The translations under genes were made by a program, and so were the position numbers. A stretch of 41,575 nucleotides of DNA from an uncultured Myxococcales bacterium (GTDB taxonomy: Bacteria; Myxococcota; UBA4151): contig CAXGWI010000017.1 of assembly GCA_964013405.1 (NCBI GenBank), positions 1 through 41,575 of the forward strand, in the 5' to 3' direction. A model generated the notes under the pieces. It was not told the origin of the DNA. It saw only the letters and a program-made list of their open reading frames with translations, and did no database searches. Each line of letters opens with the position of its first letter. Positions within the stretch are counted from its first letter, which is position 1. This document shows, piece by piece, positions 35,248-41,575 of the stretch.

Positions 35248-36527
35248 GGCCCTATGTCGTTGTCGCCGTCTGGCTTAGCCTGGGTTTGCAGTCGTCCTTG
35301 GCTTGGGCCGCTGCTGGAGATGACCAAGAGACCGTTGTCGATGCAGCCGCACAAACGCTCGAGCAGCCCATAGAAGAAGATGCCCCCGCAGCGCCGGTCA
35401 GTGACATGGCGGAGCCAGTGGCAAAGGGTGCCGTCGTCGGCGGCGACGAGAAGACGGCGCTCGAGGCCGCCGACAACGATGCAGGCTCTACCTGTGATCC
35501 GGAATGCTTCGCCGATCCCGGACTGGGCTACCTTTCGGCGGCGGAGGCCTTGATCAAAGCTGAGCGGGCCGATGAAGCCCTGCGCCTGTACCGCAAGGTC
35601 CTGACCCTGAATCTCGACCCTCGGGTGCATGAGCGGGCTCAAGCCCGGCTCGACGATCTTGCCGCTGTGGATCTCAGTCTGCCCGCACCGGGACGCTATT
35701 ATGGAATGTTTCTCGGTGCCGAGTCGGGGCTGGCCCTCACCATCGGAAGCCTAGCGACTCTTGATGCGTTGACGGATGCAAACCCACCGGGCGAAATGAT
35801 TTTCTTGCTCGCGAGCGGAGCGACCGTTTTTGGCGCCTATTCTGGCAAGCAGTGGGCCCAGTCGTATCGGCTGACTCGAGCCGAGGGGGAAGCGGGTCTA
35901 TTGCTTGGGAACTGGGCAGCCATCGCCACCGCGATGAGTTGGAGTATTTTGGAGCGCCAAGGGCTTGTGGACACCAGACGGCGAGGCATGGGCGCTTGGA
36001 TTCCCTTGAGCATGGTGACCCTCGGAACGGGCGGTATGTTGTTGGGGGTGCGCAGCGCCCGCCATTTGGCCCTCGATCGCGGCTCGGCGACCTTGGCCTG
36101 GCTGGGCACGTTCGTCGGCGCGACCGATGCCGTTTTGCTTGCGAGCGCATTGGGGGGCTCCATCGAAGATCGTATCCCGGATCTCATTCTAGCCGGCTCT
36201 CTGACGGGCATGGCCTTGGGCACATGGTGGGGACGACAGGCGAGCGTTTCCGCCAACCGCGCCCGGCTGCTCAGTTTGGGGAGCTATCTTGGCATGGCGT
36301 CCTTTGCAGCCGGCGCTTCTTTGTTGGGCAATGAGGACGGACAAAAAATTAGTGGCGCCACGGTCATGGGCAGCTTCACCGGCATCGGCTTGGCCTATCT
36401 GGCGACCACCGGCCTGGAACGGGGGGCCTCAGCCCAATTAGACGGGCTCGAAATCGGCCCGCCCATGGTGCTTCGGGACGACCGGGGGCTCCGCATCTAT
36501 GGGCCTTTGATGACGTGGAGGTGGTGA
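35244..36527 (+). CDS. Hypothetical exported/membrane protein (TPR-like hairpin plus Gly/Ala-rich helices), paralog 1
   Basis: ATGA overlap with hsaE stop; signal peptide to AWA; AAEALIKAERADEALRLYRKVL; multiple hydrophobic GxxxG helices. Confidence 0.7.
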   Translation: MRPYVVVAVWLSLGLQSSLAWAAAGDDQETVVDAAAQTLEQPIEEDAPAAPVSDMAEPVAKGAVVGGDEKTALEAADNDAGSTCDPECFADPGLGYLSAAEALIKAERADEALRLYRKVLTLNLDPRVHERAQARLDDLAAVDLSLPAPGRYYGMFLGAESGLALTIGSLATLDALTDANPPGEMIFLLASGATVFGAYSGKQWAQSYRLTRAEGEAGLLLGNWAAIATAMSWSILERQGLVDTRRRGMGAWIPLSMVTLGTGGMLLGVRSARHLALDRGSATLAWLGTFVGATDAVLLASALGGSIEDRIPDLILAGSLTGMALGTWWGRQASVSANRARLLSLGSYLGMASFAAGASLLGNEDGQKISGATVMGSFTGIGLAYLATTGLERGASAQLDGLEIGPPMVLRDDRGLRIYGPLMTWRW

Positions 36528-36528
36528 G

Positions 36529-37587
36529 ATGAACGCCTTCTTCCTTGGCTTGAGTCTGCTGATGACCCCCGCTGCCGGGGGGCTGGAGTGTCCGCTTGAA
36601 GACTGTCTCGGGCAGGCCGCGCTTCGGACCATGAGTGCAGCTACGGTTCTTGAGGCCGAAGGGCATACAGATCTGGCCCGAGGTCTCTATCAACGGTTGG
36701 CTCTGGATCCGAACCAGCCCTACCAAGAGTTGGCGCAGCAAGCGGTCGATCGCATCGACAAGGCGCGCGTCGCTCGGGACGCACTCTTTAGTTCCATGAC
36801 CACCACAGCGATCCTCACCGGTGGCCTGGTCGAGACCAGCCTGCTCAAGTTTGGTGGTGAAGCCGTTGCGCCGGAAGTCCACGTTCTTGTGGCAACGACC
36901 TCGGCCCTTGCCGGCGCCTATGGTGGTCTTCTTTTGGCCCGCCACTTTGAACCCAGTCTCGGTGCGGTGGAGCTGGGCGCAGCCTCTGCGATGTACGGAT
37001 TCATTGGGACCTTAGGGCTTCTCAGTGCCCATGCCAGTGGCGATGACGAGCCGGCAGCTTTGCTGCTGGCCACCGTGGTGGCGACGCTCTCTGCTGCCGG
37101 TGGAACGTATCTGGGTCAGCGTTATCATGTGCATGAGTCGGGCGTTCGGTTGGCGGGTACGCTGGCCATTGGCGCAGCCATTGAGGCCGTTTTGATTTTG
37201 AGCATGATCGGCAATGTACCCGATGCGGTCTTCACGGACGTGGCGTTACTCGCCGCTGCGGGTGGTGGCGCACTGGGTCTCTCCTTGAGTCATGGACGGG
37301 CGTTGCCCAATGGTCGCTACCTCACGCTCTGGGTGGGTGGGCTCGCCGGAGCGCTTGCTGCCGGATCCCTCCTGATTCTAACGGAGCCAGATGAGGAGAT
37401 TGCGCTCGGGATGCTTGCGGCGGGCATCGGCGGCGGCGTTTTCACCGCCTGGCGTTTGGGTCGACACGATGTGGGTGAGCCCTATCCAAAGGGATCGAAG
37501 CCCAAGCTCTCCTTTGGACCTCCCATGATCCTGCCTGATCGCCGCGGACTTGCTGTGACCGCGCCTTCGCTCCATCTGAGATTCTAA
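36529..37587 (+). CDS. Hypothetical exported/membrane protein, paralog 2
   Basis: GGAGG RBS; same architecture and C-terminal GPPM.L.D.RGL motif as the preceding gene. Confidence 0.7.
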   Translation: MNAFFLGLSLLMTPAAGGLECPLEDCLGQAALRTMSAATVLEAEGHTDLARGLYQRLALDPNQPYQELAQQAVDRIDKARVARDALFSSMTTTAILTGGLVETSLLKFGGEAVAPEVHVLVATTSALAGAYGGLLLARHFEPSLGAVELGAASAMYGFIGTLGLLSAHASGDDEPAALLLATVVATLSAAGGTYLGQRYHVHESGVRLAGTLAIGAAIEAVLILSMIGNVPDAVFTDVALLAAAGGGALGLSLSHGRALPNGRYLTLWVGGLAGALAAGSLLILTEPDEEIALGMLAAGIGGGVFTAWRLGRHDVGEPYPKGSKPKLSFGPPMILPDRRGLAVTAPSLHLRF

Positions 37588-37601
37588 GAAAGTTCAAGGC
37601 C

Positions 37602-38498
37602 ATGACTCGATTGAAAGCCGCCATCATCGGCAGTGGCAACATCGGCACCGACCTGCTCTACAAGGCCTTGCGCAGCGAGTGGGTGGAGCCGGTCTGGATG
37701 GTCGGGATCGATCCGGACTCCGAGGGGCTTGCCCGGGCTCGTGAACTGGGGCTGAAGACCACCCATGAAGGGGTTGCAGGGCTCGTTCCCCATGCAGCAG
37801 CCGATGGCTTGCAGTTGGCCTTTGATGCCACCAGCGCTTATGTTCATCAGGCCAATCACGATGCGCTCGCTCCTTTCGGCGTGAAGATGATCGATCTCAC
37901 CCCCGCCGCCATCGGGCCCTATTGTATTCCGCCAGTGAATCTCGAGGCAGCGGTGGCGAGCGGCGAGTCCAACATCAACATGGTCTCCTGTGGAGGCCAA
38001 GCGACCATTCCCATGGTGGCCGCTGTGCATCGAGTGCAGCCGGTGGAATACGGCGAGATCGTCGCCACGGTGGCCTCTCGGTCCATCGGGCCCGGGACCC
38101 GCAATAACATCGACGAGTTTACCCGCACCACCCGAGCGGGGATCGAGGCGGTAGGGGGCGCCAAGGTGGGCAAAGCCATCATCGTCATCAACCCGGCGGA
38201 ACCGCCCATCATGATGCGGGACACCATTCATTGCGTGGTGGCTGAGCGCCCCGACGAGGCTGCGATTCGAGCCAGTGTGAAAGCGATGATCGAAGACGTG
38301 CAAACCTACGTCCCGGGCTACTTGCTGAAAAATGGCCCTGTCTTCGAGCCCTTGGCCGACGGTCGCTGGCGCATTTCGACCTTTTTGGAAGTGCAAGGTC
38401 TGGGTGATTACTTGCCCACCTACGCCGGCAACCTCGACATCATGACCGCTGCCGCGTTGCGTTGCGGTGAACTGATTGCGCAGGGGGCGAAGGCATGA
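37602..38498 (+). CDS. hsaG: Acylating aldehyde (acetaldehyde/propanal) dehydrogenase
   Basis: [49 protein letters not shown]. Confidence 0.92.
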   Translation: MTRLKAAIIGSGNIGTDLLYKALRSEWVEPVWMVGIDPDSEGLARARELGLKTTHEGVAGLVPHAAADGLQLAFDATSAYVHQANHDALAPFGVKMIDLTPAAIGPYCIPPVNLEAAVASGESNINMVSCGGQATIPMVAAVHRVQPVEYGEIVATVASRSIGPGTRNNIDEFTRTTRAGIEAVGGAKVGKAIIVINPAEPPIMMRDTIHCVVAERPDEAAIRASVKAMIEDVQTYVPGYLLKNGPVFEPLADGRWRISTFLEVQGLGDYLPTYAGNLDIMTAAALRCGELIAQGAKA

Positions 38499-39538
38499 AC
38501 TTACAGGGAAAAAAAGTCGTCCTCCACGACATGTGCCTGCGGGATGGCATGCATGCGAAACAGCACCAGATCAGTTTGGATGAGATGCGTTCGATCGCCG
38601 TCGCCCTCGACGAAGCCGGTGTGCCGCTGATCGAGATCACTCACGGCGATGGGCTGGGCGGCAGTTCCATCAACTATGGCTTCGGTGCCCACAGCGATGA
38701 AGACTACTTGAAGGCCGTTATTCCCCATTTAAAGCAAGCGAAGGTGAGCGCACTGACCTTGCCGGGCATCGGCACCCTCGATGATCTTCGCATGGCCATG
38801 GATTGTGGTGTCCATTGTCTGCGGGTGGCAACCCACTGCACCGAGGCGGACATCAGTGGACAGCACATCGGCATCGCCCGGAAGCTCGGGGCCGACACCG
38901 TCGGTTTCCTCATGATGGCCCACATGGTGAGCCCCGAGGAGCTCCTCGCCCAGGCGAAGATCATGGAGGACAATGGGGCCACCACGATCTACTGTACCGA
39001 TTCGGCCGGCTACATGCTTCCCGAGGATGTGACGGACCGGATCGCTGCCCTGCGCGCCGGGCTCCAACCGGAAACGGACATCGGCTTTCATGGACACCAC
39101 AATCTGGCCATGGGCATTGCGAACAGCTTAGCGGCTTTGGAAGCCGGGGCTTTGCGCATTGATGGCAGCGTTGCCGGGATGGGCGCTGGCGCTGGCAATA
39201 CACCCCTCGAAGTGTTCGTGGCGGTCTTGGAGCGCATGGGCGCCGACCACGGCTGTGACCTCTACAAGGTGATGGATGTGGCGGAAGATCTGGTGGTACC
39301 ATTGATGGACCGTCAGCCCTCCCATCAGGTCCGTGTGGATCGGGATTCCCTGACTTTGGGTTATGCGGGCGTCTATTCTAGTTTCCTCCTCTTCGCCCAG
39401 CGGGCCGCGCAGAAGTACGGTCTGCAGAGTCGGGATATCCTTGTGGAGTTAGGCCGGCGCAAGACGGTCGGTGGGCAAGAAGATATGATCGAAGACTTGG
39501 CTTTGGATATGGCGAAGCGTCGCCCGCAAAGCCCATGA
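38495..39538 (+). CDS. hsaF: 4-hydroxy-2-oxohexanoate/valerate aldolase
   Basis: [44 protein letters not shown]. Confidence 0.92.
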   Translation: MNLQGKKVVLHDMCLRDGMHAKQHQISLDEMRSIAVALDEAGVPLIEITHGDGLGGSSINYGFGAHSDEDYLKAVIPHLKQAKVSALTLPGIGTLDDLRMAMDCGVHCLRVATHCTEADISGQHIGIARKLGADTVGFLMMAHMVSPEELLAQAKIMEDNGATTIYCTDSAGYMLPEDVTDRIAALRAGLQPETDIGFHGHHNLAMGIANSLAALEAGALRIDGSVAGMGAGAGNTPLEVFVAVLERMGADHGCDLYKVMDVAEDLVVPLMDRQPSHQVRVDRDSLTLGYAGVYSSFLLFAQRAAQKYGLQSRDILVELGRRKTVGGQEDMIEDLALDMAKRRPQSP

Positions 39539-40344
39539 AGAGTCTCGTTCTTCTCACCGTGTTGACGGCCCAGCCAGGCCAACAGGTCCCCGGTGGCGAG
39601 CGGGTTCATCTTCCTGCGCCCAACTGCAGCATCGTGGTACCCAAGGGTTGGTTTGGCACGCTCAGCGAGGGTGGCATCTTTCTCATCGCCTCGCACACCC
39701 ACGCGGGCATGATGATGGTGACCTGGGATACGGGCAGCACCGATGCAGGGCTGCAGCAGTTTTTGAGTTCGATGATCCCTCTTGATGAGATGACGGCCTT
39801 ACAACCGCTGGGCCGGGCCTCTCGCCGGGGCAAAGGCTACGAAAACACCTACACCATCCATACGGATCAAGGGCCCATGAGTGGTTATGCCCGTGGCCGT
39901 TTACTGCCCGGCAGTATCGCCTTTGGGGTGATCGCCATGGGTCCACCGGCCGATCTAGCGAAGTTCAAGTCTCGGGCCGCGGGGATCATGAAGAGCCTTC
40001 GATTGCCCAGCGCCAAAGAGCGGCAACGCCAAGCGGCTGCTTTTGCCGGCAAGCGATTGAAATTTTATCATACGGGTGGCGGTCTAGCTGATCGCCGCCG
40101 TATCGATCTGTGCCGGGATGGCAGCTTCCGAGACTATTCGAGCAGCAGTTACTATTCGAACACGCCGACCAACAGCTTTAGCGCCGCAGGACAGGGCGGT
40201 GCTTCGGGGCGTTGGCGAGCATCGGGGACAACGGTGACTCTGGTGGGCAACGATGGCAGCCAAGAAGCGTTGGTTCTGCGCCGAGTCGGCGGCAAATGGA
40301 TGATCGGCGACCAACGCTGGTTTGTGGTGGATGGGGACTGTTAG
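39535..40344 (+). CDS. Hypothetical exported protein
   Basis: ATGA overlap with hsaF; short N-terminal hydrophobic segment; C-terminal LCRDGSF...GRWR beta-rich domain. Confidence 0.65.
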   Translation: MKSLVLLTVLTAQPGQQVPGGERVHLPAPNCSIVVPKGWFGTLSEGGIFLIASHTHAGMMMVTWDTGSTDAGLQQFLSSMIPLDEMTALQPLGRASRRGKGYENTYTIHTDQGPMSGYARGRLLPGSIAFGVIAMGPPADLAKFKSRAAGIMKSLRLPSAKERQRQAAAFAGKRLKFYHTGGGLADRRRIDLCRDGSFRDYSSSSYYSNTPTNSFSAAGQGGASGRWRASGTTVTLVGNDGSQEALVLRRVGGKWMIGDQRWFVVDGDC

Positions 40345-40357
40345 GCCTTGGGCAATG

Positions 40358-41461
40358 CTACATACCTTGATCCGGTAGTGCGCAGGTTTCAATATGGGCC
40401 CGCTCCGCATCACTGCTGTTTGCGCAGGCACCACTTCCGTCCGGCGCGGCGCAAACGCCTAGGTAGCAGGTGAAGGGGTCGTTGCAATCCCCGTCGGTGC
40501 TACAACTGAGCACTTCCTGGTCGATACACACCCGGGATTCGCCGACGCAGGTCGTGCCTGTGAGATCGCAGTTGAGTTCTAGGTGCTTCTCACCGGTGAC
40601 GGCCGACGGCATCGTCCGGCATGGAATTTTGGGGATACAGAGATAAACTCCTAATTGGGCACCCTCTACCGCAAAGGGGTAGAAACCACCGGGGCAGCCG
40701 GAGCGGGACATAGCGAGGGGATGGCAGCGGTGGCCGTCCCCGTAGAGGTTGGCACAGACCCCTTGGCCACCCCCTGAAACGCTACATTGTTGATTGGACT
40801 CGTCACAAGGGTTCATCCCATGACCTTCGCTCCCGATCTGCTCCCAGATCGCCTCGAGGGTCGGCTCGGATGCTTTTGGTTTACAGCGACCGGAATAGAG
40901 GAAATCTGGTTCACAACCTTGGCCATCACCATACTGTGCGTCCTCAAATTCACATCGGTTCATGTAGCAAGATGCTTGGGGATGAAGATCACTACAGTCA
41001 CTGTCCCGATCGCATTCTTGACCCAGGCGCACCCGGCAGACGGGGGCGGGTGCTTCGGCGCAGTGGCTATCGAGCACCCCCAGCCCATGAAAGGTGTCAA
41101 TGCAATGGGCATTCCCGCGACAAAGGGTATCCCGGAGGCAGAGCGCCCTGTCGCCATCATGGTTCCGGTCGACGCAGCGGTAGCCTTGGGGACAGCGCCT
41201 CCCGTCCTCGCAATGCAGTAGGCATTGGTGTTGGCTCTCGTAGTGTCCATCGCCACCGGTCTCGTCCGATATAAATGCACCACTCACGAGGACTGGCGAG
41301 CAGTAGTTAGGGTTGGCGATCTCTTCACATGAGAGCTGATTCGAATTGCAGTCATGCAGTCGAGCCCGTTGCATATCGGCATGAAATTGGCTGGTTTCCC
41401 CGTCGACCGGAATGCAGCCAAGGTTGATGAGACCAAGCAATAGAATCGATGCGCTTCTCAT
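40358..41461 (-). CDS. Cys-rich hypothetical lipoprotein
   Basis: Likely ATG 41461, lipobox INLGC; many Cys motifs (CPQGYRC, CDRDSDC, CSTDGDC..PFTCYLGVC). Confidence 0.75.
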   Translation of the reverse strand: MRSASILLLGLINLGCIPVDGETSQFHADMQRARLHDCNSNQLSCEEIANPNYCSPVLVSGAFISDETGGDGHYESQHQCLLHCEDGRRCPQGYRCVDRNHDGDRALCLRDTLCRGNAHCIDTFHGLGVLDSHCAEAPAPVCRVRLGQECDRDSDCSDLHPQASCYMNRCEFEDAQYGDGQGCEPDFLYSGRCKPKASEPTLEAIWEQIGSEGHGMNPCDESNQQCSVSGGGQGVCANLYGDGHRCHPLAMSRSGCPGGFYPFAVEGAQLGVYLCIPKIPCRTMPSAVTGEKHLELNCDLTGTTCVGESRVCIDQEVLSCSTDGDCNDPFTCYLGVCAAPDGSGACANSSDAERAHIETCALPDQGM

Positions 41462-41575
41462 GATCCCCACCCAATGCTGTAGATGAGTAGACCGAGACCC
41501 AAACCGCCAAGGGTACCACCGACCACGTTGTTTTGTTTGCGCGCAGACAGTACTTGGTCGAACTCTTGCCACGTG

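Noticed and set aside
1..41575. CRISPR arrays, tRNA/rRNA, transposases, integrases
   Set aside because: None seen; intergenic gaps are short and non-repetitive. This was a by-eye check only.

Overview
GC-rich, very compact bacterial genomic window, probably from a Myxococcota/deltaproteobacterial lineage (inferred from a Myxococcus-type Cys-rich repeat, a C-type lectin lipoprotein and DAG/DGG-linker lipoproteins). Most of the window is an aerobic 9,10-seco steroid catabolism cluster: C/D-ring (HIP) genes fadE32-, fadE31-, echA13-, ipdC-, ipdB-, ipdA-, echA20-, fadD3-, ipdF-, fadE30- and fadE33-like, then kstD, and A/B-ring genes hsaA, hsaC, hsaD, hsaE, hsaG, hsaF. Three near-identical KstR-type palindromes (TnnAACGTGTTnnA) sit in three divergent intergenic regions. 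Several non-steroid modules are interleaved. The most unusual (26560-29654) is two highly divergent Ku-like proteins plus an atypical ATP-dependent ligase ending in a WGR-like domain, a candidate undescribed end-joining/nucleic-acid repair system. It is preceded by a 5'(3')-nucleotidase and a minimal J-domain gene and interrupted by a start-less antisense gene remnant. Also present are a DUF3604/PPIase/HupE-UreJ cassette and a paralogous pair of TPR plus Gly-zipper membrane proteins inserted in the hsa operon. All assignments are from reading motifs by eye; no searches were run. No rRNA, tRNA, CRISPR array or transposase was seen.
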